DNA of 54,409 nucleotides from an uncultured Eubacteriales bacterium (lineage in GTDB: Bacteria > Acidobacteriota > Aminicenantia > Aminicenantales > UBA8522), in the NCBI GenBank assembly GCA_964445305.1, contig CAYUKK010000016.1, positions 1 to 54,409 on the forward strand. Direction: 5' to 3'. The notes below the pieces were generated by a model. The model had not been told where the DNA came from. It made no database searches and saw nothing but the letters and a program-made list of their open reading frames with translations. Every line of letters begins with the position of its first letter. Position 1 is the first letter of the stretch. This document shows, piece by piece, positions 1 to 8,683 of this stretch. Made by a program: the position numbers and the translations under genes.

Positions 1-342
1 CACACCGAAAAACTCTACCTCAACATCAATACCGCCATCCCCTGCGGCCTCATCGTCAACGAGCTCGTCTCCAACGCCTTCAAGCATGCCTTCCCCGAAG
101 GAAGAAGCGGCGAGGTCGAGATAAGCTTCCGGCGGCTGGCCAACGATGGCTATGAGCTGCGGGTGCGCGACGACGGCGTCGGCTTTCCCGAGGGGCTCGA
201 CTTCCGCCAGACAGAAAGCCTCGGCCTCCAAATCGTCTCCACCCTCGTCACCCAGCTGGAGGCGAACCTCAAGCTCGACCGTCAAAACGGCACCACGTTC
301 ACCCTTATCTTCAATGAAGTAGCGCCCAAAAAAAGACCATAG
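1..342 (+). CDS. Sensor histidine kinase, C-terminal HATPase domain (HisKA_2/HWE-type), 5'-partial
   Basis: Frame 1 reads ...AIPCGLIVNELVSNAFKHAFP...VRDDGVGFP...SLGLQIV...NGTTF (N, G1 and G2 boxes) and stops with TAG at 340-342. It lies directly upstream of a response regulator. Confidence 0.9.
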   Translation, partial: HTEKLYLNINTAIPCGLIVNELVSNAFKHAFPEGRSGEVEISFRRLANDGYELRVRDDGVGFPEGLDFRQTESLGLQIVSTLVTQLEANLKLDRQNGTTFTLIFNEVAPKKRP

Positions 343-345
343 CCC

Positions 346-1689
346 ATGGACAAGACCCGTCTTCTCATCGTCGAGGATGAAGGGCTCGTCGCCCGCGACC
401 TCGAGAACATGACCCGAACCATGGGCTATGAAGTCTTGGGTGTGGCCAGCACAGCCGATGAGGCGTTGGTCCAGGTGGCCTGCCTCCATCCCGACCTTGT
501 CCTCATGGACGTCGTCATCAAGGGAACCCTGGATGGAATCGCTGCCGCCGAGAGAATCTGGGAAATCTATCACATCCCCGTCATTTATGTCACGGCCTAC
601 ACGGATGAGGTGACCGTCCAACGGGCGACCCTGAGCCAGCCTTTCGGTTACATCCTTAAGCCCTTCGACGAGCGGGAGCTCAAGATCGCGGTCGAGATGG
701 CCGTTTACAAGTCCCGGATGGCCCTCAAACTCAAGGAAAGGGAGGAATGGCTCTCGGCCCTGCTCAAGAGCATCGGCGACGGAGTCATCGCCACGGACAG
801 CGAAGAAAGGGTCACCTTCCTCAACCCCCTGGCCGAAAAACTCACGGGCTGGAAGCATGAGGAAGCCTTGAAAAGGCCCCTGGCCGAAGTTTTCTCCACT
901 GTCACCCCTGGCCGTGAAGCCTCGCCCATGGATGGAAGATCGCCCGAAGAAACAACCCTCCGCTCCAAGAACGGCTCGACCTTCCCCATCGAAAAAATCA
1001 TCATGCCCATCAACTCTTCAGGCGGAAACTCGAGCGGCTGCGTCATCGTCTTCCGCGATATCAGCGCCCGCAAACAGACGGAACAGGCGCTCAAGGAGAG
1101 CCGGGACAGGCTTCATCAAGCCCTCCAGGGGACCATCCAGGCCATGGCTCTGACCATCGAAATCCGGGACCCCTACACCGCCGGCCACCAGCGCCGGGTG
1201 AGCAAACTCGCCTGCGCCATCGCTGAAGAGATAGGCTTGCCCGAGGAACAGATCGAGGGGCTGCGTGTCGCCGGCGATATACATGATATCGGCAAAATCT
1301 ATGTCCCCGCCGAAATCCTGAGCAAGCCCGGCCAGATCACGGCCATTGAGTACGGCATTATCAAGACTCATCCCCAGGTTGGCTACGATATCCTCAAGAC
1401 CATCAAATTTCCCTGGCCGGTGGCCCAGATTGTCCTCCAGCACCATGAGCGTCTGGACGGCTCGGGCTATCCCCTCGGCCTTTCCGGCGACCAGATTCTC
1501 AAGGAAGCGAGGATCCTCATTGTGGCTGATATCGTCGAAGCGATGTCCTCCCACCGACCTTACCGTCCGGCCCATGGTATCGACAGAGCCCTCGAAGAGA
1601 TAACTCAGAATAAGGGGATTCAATACGACGCTGACGTCGTCGATGCCTGCGTCCGGCTGTTTAGGCAAAAGAACTTTCGCTTCGACTGA
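346..1689 (+). CDS. Response regulator with REC-PAS-HD-GYP domains (probable c-di-GMP phosphodiesterase)
   Basis: REC motifs (LIVEDE, LMD, TA, KP), a PAS domain (DGVIATD...NP.AEKLTGW) and HD-GYP motifs (HDIGK, HHERLDGSGYP). Confidence 0.92.
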   Translation: MDKTRLLIVEDEGLVARDLENMTRTMGYEVLGVASTADEALVQVACLHPDLVLMDVVIKGTLDGIAAAERIWEIYHIPVIYVTAYTDEVTVQRATLSQPFGYILKPFDERELKIAVEMAVYKSRMALKLKEREEWLSALLKSIGDGVIATDSEERVTFLNPLAEKLTGWKHEEALKRPLAEVFSTVTPGREASPMDGRSPEETTLRSKNGSTFPIEKIIMPINSSGGNSSGCVIVFRDISARKQTEQALKESRDRLHQALQGTIQAMALTIEIRDPYTAGHQRRVSKLACAIAEEIGLPEEQIEGLRVAGDIHDIGKIYVPAEILSKPGQITAIEYGIIKTHPQVGYDILKTIKFPWPVAQIVLQHHERLDGSGYPLGLSGDQILKEARILIVADIVEAMSSHRPYRPAHGIDRALEEITQNKGIQYDADVVDACVRLFRQKNFRFD

Positions 1690-1748
1690 CGCCATCCTGC
1701 CTTTAGACGGGAGTTGCCGCGGGAATTTAAATGAGGAAAGTTTATAAA

Positions 1749-1823
1749 CGCCCCCGACGGGATTTGAACCCGTGTTGCCGCCTTGAAAGGGCGATGTCCT
1801 AGTCCTGGCTAGACGACAGGGGC
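1749..1823 (-). tRNA. tRNA-Glu (TTC), CCA not encoded
   Basis: The reverse complement GCCCCTGTCGTCTAGCCAGGACTAGGACATCGCCCTTTCAAGGCGGCAACACGGGTTCAAATCCCGTCGGGGGCG folds as a cloverleaf with anticodon TTC and T-loop TTCAAAT. Confidence 0.95.
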
Positions 1824-1836
1824 GAGGGTTCGAAAA

Positions 1837-1911
1837 TGGTGAGCCGTGCTGGACTCGAACCAGCGACACCCGGCTTAAAAGGCCGGTGCTCTCCCTCTGA
1901 GCTAACGGCCC
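1837..1911 (-). tRNA. tRNA-Lys (TTT)
   Basis: The reverse complement GGGCCGT-TA-GCTC-AGAGGGA-GAGC-A-CCGGC-CTTTTAA-GCCGG-GTGTC-GCTGG-TTCGAGT-CCAGC-ACGGCTC-ACCA gives a full cloverleaf with encoded CCA. Confidence 0.96.
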
Positions 1912-1931
1912 CCGCAGAACGAGAAGCAATA

Positions 1932-1960
1932 TTTATAGATGATTAAGAGAAAAGAGTCAA
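1932..1960 (-). promoter_or_regulatory. sigma70-type promoter for the tRNA-Lys/tRNA-Glu pair
   Basis: Minus strand TTGACT-17 nt-TATAAA, about 20 nt upstream of tRNA-Lys. Confidence 0.7.
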
Positions 1961-1967
1961 TATCGGC

Positions 1968-2669
1968 TCAGCTGATCAGTTCCATTTTGGCGATGACCCA
2001 CCGGCCTCGCCGAACGAGGTTGATGGCCTCGTCCTTAAGCTCATACCTTTTTAAATAGAAGCGGTACGTCTTCACCTGGCCATCCTTGCCCACGATTTTG
2101 ACATCGACTTCCTTGGCGTGAACTGTGCCCGTCAGTTCTCTAATGTTAGGAATATCACCAGCGTCCAGGGAGAATAAGGAAATGTCCTGTTCCCTCTGGG
2201 CGGCGGCTTTAGCTTCGTTGTACTGCTTCTGCAGCTGCCGGTGGATCTCCCTTTCCTCATCAAATTTGGCCTGCAACTCGTCGACCTTCTTCTTCGCTGC
2301 CGCTTTGGCTCCGCCCGTCCGGGCCGCTTTGAGCTCTTCCTGAGCCGCATAGAGAGCGTCTTCGGCATCCATGACCGGACCGACATGGCCTTCCAAGCTC
2401 TTCTTCAACTCCAATTCCTTGGCGTTGAGATCGGGGAGAGTGGCCGGGTCGATTTTCTCCTCGCTGACGCTAATGATTTCCCAGGACTGCACATCGAGAG
2501 AGGTCGGTTCCACGGCCATTTTCGACATCGTCGCTGTATCCTTCAGAGAGACGGCGTGGAAATATCTCTCCAAAAGACCTTTTTCAGGATGGGACTTGCA
2601 GTTCTGGAGGTTGGCCATAACAAAAAGAAAAGTCACGATACCGATAACGATCAACCCTTTTCTTCTCAT
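1968..2669 (-). CDS. Hypothetical exported or lipoprotein with a central coiled coil
   Basis: GGAGG SD precedes ATG 2669. MRRK plus a hydrophobic stretch ends in a Cys (possible lipobox). The middle is long, Ala/Glu/Lys-rich and helical. Confidence 0.75.
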   Translation of the reverse strand: MRRKGLIVIGIVTFLFVMANLQNCKSHPEKGLLERYFHAVSLKDTATMSKMAVEPTSLDVQSWEIISVSEEKIDPATLPDLNAKELELKKSLEGHVGPVMDAEDALYAAQEELKAARTGGAKAAAKKKVDELQAKFDEEREIHRQLQKQYNEAKAAAQREQDISLFSLDAGDIPNIRELTGTVHAKEVDVKIVGKDGQVKTYRFYLKRYELKDEAINLVRRGRWVIAKMELIS

Positions 2670-2764
2670 TATTCCTCCTTCCAACTCAAAGTTAATGTTA
2701 TTGTGCTTGAATTTTACTTTTTTTTCAAGCCAAAAAGCAAGCCTAAAATTTGTCTATTTTTTTG

Positions 2765-2793
2765 TTGACAAAGAAAAGAATTCTCCCTAAAAT
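2765..2793 (+). promoter_or_regulatory. sigma70-type promoter of the hdr/hyd-like operon
   Basis: TTGACA (2765-2770), 17-nt spacer, TAAAAT (2788-2793) in an AT-rich intergenic region. It implies a leader of about 300 nt before hdrC. Confidence 0.7.
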
Positions 2794-2798
2794 CGAAT

Positions 2799-2911
2799 GT
2801 AATTATAAGATAAACTATATTATTCCTATAAATCTTATAGTTACACTAGTCATTGATTGATGCAGGTAATCGAGTACTTTGAGTTGCTCCTTCCCTTTAT
2901 CTTATAATTAC
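2799..2911. repeat. Perfect 16-bp inverted repeat at the start of the hdr operon leader
   Basis: GTAATTATAAGATAAA (2799-2814) and TTTATCTTATAATTAC (2896-2911). A partial third arm ATCTTATA lies at 2832-2839. Confidence 0.85.
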
Positions 2912-3095
2912 CGCTTTCCTGTTGTTTGAAAAAGATGCGAGTTTCAGCTTACAACGTCTCCCCGGTGTGGGGTCCCTGTTCGGCGCACCATCGCCCTCGC
3001 CTTTTTTTCCCAAGGCAAAAGACATCTTGGACAGCCATAGATTCCCAACAGCAAGATGGGGTGACAACAAATGAAATCTTGACAAAGGAGGATGC

Positions 3096-3674
3096 ATGGA
3101 AATCCAGCGAAAAGTGAAGTATGAAGAGGAGTTAGATAGACAGTTCCTTGACCTCATCAAGAACATGTCCGGCTGCGATGATATCGACCGCTGCATCCAG
3201 TGTGGAACTTGCAGCTCCTCTTGCCCCATGGCGGTCTACATGGATTATCCGCCTCGCAAGATCATTGCCATGATCAAGAATGGTTTCCGGGACGAAGCGC
3301 TGCGGAGCTTCACCATCTGGCTCTGTCCATCCTGCTACACCTGCCAGGTCCGCTGCCCCGCCAACATCAAGATTACGGACGTCATGTATGCCCTGAAGAG
3401 GGTTGCCATCGAGAAGGGTGTCTACCCTACCCGATTCGCCATCCCCATCCTGGATAGGGAGATGTCCAAAATCATCGCCACCAACGGCCGCAACTCCGAA
3501 CTCTGGCTGATCCTCAGACTCTACCTCAAGTCCCGCAAACCGCTTGGCCTGCTCAAGATGGCCCCCCTCGGCCTGAAGCTCATGAAAACCGGCCGAATGA
3601 GCTTGAAGAAAGAATCCATCAAGAATAAAAAACAGTTGCGGACGTTATTGAAAGCCTTGAAGGAGGGAGCTTGA
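3096..3674 (+). CDS. hdrC: Heterodisulfide reductase subunit C-like 2x[4Fe-4S] protein
   Basis: Motifs CIQCGTCSSSCP and WLCPSCYTCQVRCP; AGGAGG SD; its stop overlaps the hdrB start. Confidence 0.88.
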   Translation: MEIQRKVKYEEELDRQFLDLIKNMSGCDDIDRCIQCGTCSSSCPMAVYMDYPPRKIIAMIKNGFRDEALRSFTIWLCPSCYTCQVRCPANIKITDVMYALKRVAIEKGVYPTRFAIPILDREMSKIIATNGRNSELWLILRLYLKSRKPLGLLKMAPLGLKLMKTGRMSLKKESIKNKKQLRTLLKALKEGA

Positions 3675-4543
3675 TGAACGGTTACATCTATTATCCCGGC
3701 TGTTCTTTGAAGGGGAATTCCAAGCATTATGAGGAATCCATCCTCCCCGTGTTCAAGGAAGTGGGTCTGCCCCTCGAAGAACTGGAAGACTGGAACTGCT
3801 GCGGCGCAACAGCCTATTTCTCCGTCGATGACGGCATGGCCGCCGCCATCTGCGGCCGCAACCTCTCGCTGGCCGAGAAAGCCGAAAAGGACATCGTCGC
3901 CCCGTGTGCGGGCTGCTATCTCACTCTCAAAAAGTCCAACAAGTTCCTAATCGGGGGGAGCGAAAAAGCGGAGAAAATCCTTGCCGCTCTGGAAAAAGCT
4001 GGCCTGAACTACACCGGCAAGGTGGACGTCAAACATCCCCTGGAAGTCCTCACCCAGGACGAAATGCTGGACAAGATAAGAGCCAGAGTTACCCGTCCTC
4101 TCAAGGGACTGCGTGTCGCCTGCTATTATGGCTGCCAGCTGGTTCGGCCTTACACGGACTTCGATGACCCCGACTACCCCACCTCCCTGGACAGGCTGAT
4201 GGCGGCGACCGGAGCAGTGCCGGTCGATTTTTCGGGCAAAACACGTTGCTGCGGCGGCTCCCTCACCGGCACCATCGAGGAGGTCGGGTTGCGGCTCAAT
4301 TACATTCTGCTCAAAGAAGCGAAAAGAAAGGGCGCGGATGTCATTTCGACCATCTGTCCGCTCTGCCAGTTCAACCTTGAAATCCTCCAGGACAAGATGG
4401 TCAAGAAATACAAGGAGGATGTGAGGATGCCTGTGCTCTATTTTAGCCAGCTCCTCGGGCTGGCCATGGGCCTTGCCAAAGAGGATCTTGGTTTCTCCCG
4501 TTCGATCATCGACCTCAAGCCGATGTGGGAGAAAATCGGATAG
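3674..4543 (+). CDS. hdrB: Heterodisulfide reductase subunit B-like (two CCG domains)
   Basis: YYPGCS...WNCCGA...PCAGC and YYGCQ...RCCGG...ICPLCQFN. Confidence 0.92.
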   Translation: MNGYIYYPGCSLKGNSKHYEESILPVFKEVGLPLEELEDWNCCGATAYFSVDDGMAAAICGRNLSLAEKAEKDIVAPCAGCYLTLKKSNKFLIGGSEKAEKILAALEKAGLNYTGKVDVKHPLEVLTQDEMLDKIRARVTRPLKGLRVACYYGCQLVRPYTDFDDPDYPTSLDRLMAATGAVPVDFSGKTRCCGGSLTGTIEEVGLRLNYILLKEAKRKGADVISTICPLCQFNLEILQDKMVKKYKEDVRMPVLYFSQLLGLAMGLAKEDLGFSRSIIDLKPMWEKIG

Positions 4544-4553
4544 GAGGATGGCA

Positions 4554-5405
4554 ATGAACGAGAACGGTCAACCCCGAATTGGCGTTTTTGTTTGTCACTG
4601 CGGCACCAACATCGCCGGCAAAGTCAATATTACGGAAGTCGTCAACTTCGCCTCCCGCCTGGACAATGTCGTCGTGGCCAGGGAATACAAATTCATGTGC
4701 TCGGACCCGGGCCAAGAATTGATTAAACAGAATATCGAGGAGCACCACCTTAACCGAGTCGTCGTCGCATCTTGCTCGCCGCTCATGCACGAACCGACCT
4801 TCCGCGGCACCACGGCCGCCGGCGGCCTCAACCCCTTCTACTTCCAGATGGCCAACATCCGGGAGCAGGTTTCCTGGGTGACGGTGGACCCAGAGCAGGC
4901 GACCAAAAAGGCCAAGGCTCTCATCTCAGCGGCGGTGCGCCGTGTCGCCCTCCATGACCCTCTGGCCAGAAAAGAAGTGCCCGTCCGGCCCGAAATCCTC
5001 ATCGTGGGCGGAGGAATTGCTGGAATCCACGCTGCCTTGACCTATGCTAACTCCGGCAAGAAGGTTTACCTTATCGAAAAACAACCCTCAATCGGGGGCC
5101 ACATGTCGCTGCTCGACAAGACGTTTCCGACGCTCGATTGCGCCGCCTGCATTCTCACTCCCAAGATGAGCGAAGTGGGAAAGCATCCGAATATCGAGCT
5201 GCTGACCTGGAGTGAAATCGAGGAAATCTCTGGCTATGTCGGAAATTTCAAGGCCAAGATCAAGAAAAAAGCCCGCTATGTAGACATCGATAAATGTAAC
5301 GGCTGCGGCGCCTGCTGGGAAAATTGCCCGACAACCATCACCCCGTCGGAACGAATCATCCGGAAGGGAGATATCATCATCAAGCGAGTGGAGCGCGAAA
5401 ACTGA
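4554..5405 (+). CDS. hdrA: Heterodisulfide reductase subunit A, N-terminal half only (283 aa)
   Basis: RIGVFVCHCGTNI, FMCS, ASCSP..H, ANIREQ, the FAD motif VGGGIAG, KTFPTLDCAAC and ARYVDIDKCNGCGACWENCP, then a stop. AGGAGG SD lies 6 nt before ATG 4554. Confidence 0.9.
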   Translation: MNENGQPRIGVFVCHCGTNIAGKVNITEVVNFASRLDNVVVAREYKFMCSDPGQELIKQNIEEHHLNRVVVASCSPLMHEPTFRGTTAAGGLNPFYFQMANIREQVSWVTVDPEQATKKAKALISAAVRRVALHDPLARKEVPVRPEILIVGGGIAGIHAALTYANSGKKVYLIEKQPSIGGHMSLLDKTFPTLDCAACILTPKMSEVGKHPNIELLTWSEIEEISGYVGNFKAKIKKKARYVDIDKCNGCGACWENCPTTITPSERIIRKGDIIIKRVEREN

Positions 5406-5406
5406 C

Positions 5407-5769
5407 ATGAAGCTTCGAGAAATCCAGGCTCTCCTCAAGGCGGAAGTCGTCTGCGGCGAGGAGTATCTGGACAAGGACATCGAGTATGCCGGCGCTTCGG
5501 ACTTGATGAGCGATGTGCTGGCCTTTGGACGAGCTGGTTTGCTCCTCATCACCGGCCTTTCCAACGCCCAATCCGTCCGGACCGCCGACATCGTGGAAGC
5601 CAAAGCCATCATCTACGTCCGCGGCAAGAAACCCGACAAGGACGGCATCGAGCTGGCCAAAAAGAAGGGGATCCCCCTCCTGTCAACAAGACTGATGATG
5701 TACAAAACCTGCGGACTCCTCTTCAGTCACGGCATCGCCGGAATTCCTGAGTCTGAGGAAACAAAGTGA
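5407..5769 (+). CDS. DRTGG-domain protein (hydrogenase-associated regulatory cassette)
   Basis: ASDLMSDVLAF, LLITGL and IIYVRGK motifs typical of stand-alone DRTGG proteins. Confidence 0.8.
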   Translation: MKLREIQALLKAEVVCGEEYLDKDIEYAGASDLMSDVLAFGRAGLLLITGLSNAQSVRTADIVEAKAIIYVRGKKPDKDGIELAKKKGIPLLSTRLMMYKTCGLLFSHGIAGIPESEETK

Positions 5770-6218
5770 ACCATGGAGAGGAGAATGAGCTCACGCAGAC
5801 TTTCGATATCCAGGGCGGCGATTTCGCCCATGCAGGAAGCGTCTCGACCAAGATCAAAGAAATCCTTAAGGAGGTGGGCATCGACCCGGCGGTCATCCGA
5901 CGGGCTTCCATCGTCGCTTACGAGGCAGAAATGAACGTCGTCATGTATGCCCAGAAAGGAACTTTCACTCTCCGCTTGACACCCGGGCAGATCCATTTCC
6001 GAATCGAGGATGAAGGACCGGGCATTCCTGATATCGACTTAGCCATGCAGGAAGGTTTTTCGACGGCGACTGAAGAGATGCGGGAGATGGGCTTCGGCGC
6101 GGGCATGGGACTCCCCAATATCAAGAAAAACGCCGACCGATTCCTCATCTCCTCTTTGGTCGGCAGGGGCACCATGCTCAGCGTGTACATTTTCCTCCGG
6201 CCGGAGGAGAATCCATGA
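5766..6218 (+). CDS. Anti-sigma-factor-like Ser/Thr kinase (HATPase_c)
   Basis: YEAEMNVV, EDEGPGIPDIDLAMQEGFST, GFGAGMGLPN. Confidence 0.85.
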   Translation: MNHGEENELTQTFDIQGGDFAHAGSVSTKIKEILKEVGIDPAVIRRASIVAYEAEMNVVMYAQKGTFTLRLTPGQIHFRIEDEGPGIPDIDLAMQEGFSTATEEMREMGFGAGMGLPNIKKNADRFLISSLVGRGTMLSVYIFLRPEENP

Positions 6219-7594
6219 GCCAGTATTATTACCATTCCATCCGCTTCGACACCGAGAAATGCCGCGGCCGGATGAAGTGCATGCGGGCCTGCCCGACCAA
6301 AGCCATCCGTGTTCGCAACGGCAAAGCGATGATGATCGAGGAGCGTTGCATCGACTGCGGCGAATGCATCACCGTCTGCCCATCGGGAGCCATTGTCCCC
6401 CTGACCGACCCCTTCGGCGAGCTGACCCGCTTCCGGCATACGGTGGCCATCCCTTCCCCCGCCCTCTACGCCCAGTTCGGACGGGAAATCCTGCCCGATA
6501 AAATCCTCGCCGGACTCAAAAAGCTGGGCTTTGACGACGCCTTCGACCTCGCCTACACGTGCGGCGAAGTGAGCTTTGCCATCCAGGAATACCTTCGCGA
6601 GTACAAGGGGCCAAAGCCCCTCATTTCCAATGCCTGCCCGACGGTTGTGCGGCTCATCCAGGTCAAGTATCCCGACCTCATCGACCTCATCATCCCCATC
6701 AACACGCCGCGTGAGATCGCGGCCAAGGAAATCAAGCAGAAGAAGTCCAAGCAATACGGACTGGCCGAGAAAGAAATCGGGGCTTTCTACATCACTCCCT
6801 GCCCCGTCAAGATGATTTCCATCAAGCAGCCAGCCGAGAAGGGGAAATCCTATCTCGACGGCGCCCTGGCTATCGCGGATGTCTATGGCCCCCTTCTTTC
6901 GGCCATGGAGGGCGTGGAAAAGGAAAGCTACCGAAGGGCCCTGGAAAGCATCTGCATCCTGGGCATCGGCTGGGCCATGGTCGGCGGCATCTGCCGGACG
7001 CTTCGTCTTCGCAATTCCCTCGCCGTCTCTGGGCTCACCGAAATCATCAAGGTTTTCGACGATATTGAGCGAGGCAAGCTCCGCAATATTGACTTTGTCG
7101 AAGCCTACTCCTGCACCCAAGGCTGCGTGGGTGGGTCCTTGACGGTGGAAAACATCTACAGCTCCTACAACAAGATTCTCAAGCTCATCGAGACGCTCGA
7201 ATTCGAGAAAATCAAAGCCTGCCCGGACATTCGCGAGGTGAGAAAACTTTACGCCCAGAATTACTTCTTCCTCGAGAGAAAGATCGAGCCCCGGCCGCTC
7301 ACTCCCCTCGACGAGGACCTCAGCCAGGCTATCCGAAAGAGGCGAGAGAAGGAGGAAATCTACGAATCTTTGCCGAAGATTGATTGCGGGGCCTGCGGTT
7401 CTCCCGATTGCCTGAGTTTCGCCGAGGACGTCATCATGGGGAAAGCTCAGCTCACCGATTGTCTGTTCAAAGTGCCCCAGAAATTCCGAGAGCTGGCCGA
7501 GGAGCTCATCCGGCTTTTTGATAAATCGGTCCTGGTGAACCAGTTCTCCCGCTCGCCAGAGAAAGACGATAAATATAAAAAAGGAAAGGAATAA
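6215..7594 (+). CDS. [FeFe]-hydrogenase-like protein (group C/D-type, putative sensory) with N-terminal 2x[4Fe-4S] and a C-terminal FeS domain
   Basis: N-terminal CRGRMKCMRACP and CIDCGECITVCP. Divergent H-cluster motifs ISNACP, TPCPVK and EAYSCTQGCVGG. C-terminal LPKIDCGACGSPDC...DC. Confidence 0.82.
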   Translation: MSQYYYHSIRFDTEKCRGRMKCMRACPTKAIRVRNGKAMMIEERCIDCGECITVCPSGAIVPLTDPFGELTRFRHTVAIPSPALYAQFGREILPDKILAGLKKLGFDDAFDLAYTCGEVSFAIQEYLREYKGPKPLISNACPTVVRLIQVKYPDLIDLIIPINTPREIAAKEIKQKKSKQYGLAEKEIGAFYITPCPVKMISIKQPAEKGKSYLDGALAIADVYGPLLSAMEGVEKESYRRALESICILGIGWAMVGGICRTLRLRNSLAVSGLTEIIKVFDDIERGKLRNIDFVEAYSCTQGCVGGSLTVENIYSSYNKILKLIETLEFEKIKACPDIREVRKLYAQNYFFLERKIEPRPLTPLDEDLSQAIRKRREKEEIYESLPKIDCGACGSPDCLSFAEDVIMGKAQLTDCLFKVPQKFRELAEELIRLFDKSVLVNQFSRSPEKDDKYKKGKE

Positions 7595-7599
7595 GGCCA

Positions 7600-7941
7600 A
7601 TGAACGTCCGAGAGATTGTTGATGCCCTGGGGCTGCGCGTGTTGACCGCTCCACAGAAGCTGGATGTTGAGGTGAGCGGCGGCTACACGAGCGACCTCCT
7701 CAGCGATGTCATGGCCAACAGCCGGGAAAAGAACATCTGGATTACTCTCCAGGTCCACCAGAACATCGTGGCCGTGGCCAAGCTGAAGGATCTGGCAGCC
7801 ATCCTCCTCGTCAACAACCGTGCTCCCGAGGAAGAAACGGTAAAAAAAGCAGAAGAAGAAGGAGTCCCGATACTCCAAACTTCGGAAACCGCTTTCGTCA
7901 TTTCAGGAAAACTCTACGCCCAGCTGGGCTCGAAAGATTGA
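7600..7941 (+). CDS. DRTGG / HPr-kinase-N-like protein
   Basis: GGYTSDLLSDVMAN, IWITLQ.H.NIVAVA. Confidence 0.8.
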   Translation: MNVREIVDALGLRVLTAPQKLDVEVSGGYTSDLLSDVMANSREKNIWITLQVHQNIVAVAKLKDLAAILLVNNRAPEEETVKKAEEEGVPILQTSETAFVISGKLYAQLGSKD

Positions 7942-8675
7942 CCGTGCTCAAGACATATAAGGCAGACCTCCACATCCACACCTGCCTCTCTCCTTGCGGC
8001 GAACTGGAGATGTCGCCGCGGGCCATTGCCGAGAAGGCCAGAGAAAAAAAGATTGATATTCTCGGCATCTGTGACCATAATTCCGCCGAAAACGTCCCCG
8101 CCCTGAAAGAGGCGGCCCAGCCCTTCCAGATCAGCGTTTTGGCTGGAATCGAAATCGCCTCCCGAGAGGAAGTCCATATCCTCGGCCTCTTCGACGATAT
8201 GGAGGCTGCCTTCCGGGCTCAAGACGCTGTCTACGAGCATTTGCCGGGTGAAAACGATGAGGAGACTTTCGGACTCCAGGTCGTCGTCAACAGCGAAGGC
8301 GAGGTCCTCCGGATCAACAAAAAGCTCCTCATCGGCGCATCCACCCTGGCCTTAGAGAAGGTCGTCGAGCTCATCCATTCCCTGAATGGCCTGGCCATCG
8401 CCTCCCACGTGGACAGGGAAGGCTTCAGCCTCATCGGCCAGCTCGGCTTCGTTCCCGACAACCTCCCCCTCGACGGCCTCGAAGTGTCGCCACGGATTTC
8501 CCTTGACGAGGCCAGGCGAAGGTTTTCCTCTCGACTGCCCTTGATGGCGGGCTCGGATGCCCACCGGCTGGAAGAAATCGGCCTGGCCACGACTTCATTC
8601 CTTCTCCAGGCGGGGACGGTGGCCGAAATCAAGCTGGCCCTCCGCCAGAAGGAGGGAAGAAAAATCCTGAATTAG
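7938..8675 (+). CDS. PHP-domain metallophosphoesterase
   Basis: DLHIHT, CDHN, GIEI, EVHIL, SHVDR, GSDAH. Confidence 0.88.
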   Translation: MTVLKTYKADLHIHTCLSPCGELEMSPRAIAEKAREKKIDILGICDHNSAENVPALKEAAQPFQISVLAGIEIASREEVHILGLFDDMEAAFRAQDAVYEHLPGENDEETFGLQVVVNSEGEVLRINKKLLIGASTLALEKVVELIHSLNGLAIASHVDREGFSLIGQLGFVPDNLPLDGLEVSPRISLDEARRRFSSRLPLMAGSDAHRLEEIGLATTSFLLQAGTVAEIKLALRQKEGRKILN

Positions 8676-8683
8676 GAAGGAAA

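Noticed and set aside
1018-1929. 303-aa minus-strand ORF
   Set aside because: It overlaps two tRNAs and is antisense to the HD-GYP gene.
5403-5405. TGA ending the HdrA N-half as a possible selenocysteine or readthrough codon
   Set aside because: It is not at a Cys position, the downstream in-frame sequence is not HdrA-like, and a separate DRTGG gene starts at 5407.
4554-5405. hdrA as a truncated pseudogene
   Set aside because: The missing half is present intact at about 12540-13697, and neither part has frameshifts or lost motifs.
5918-7654. 578-aa minus-strand ORF and similar long antisense ORFs (31764-33107, 32944-34341, 44898-46037, 48688-49761)
   Set aside because: Each lies opposite a well-supported gene and shows no domain signatures.
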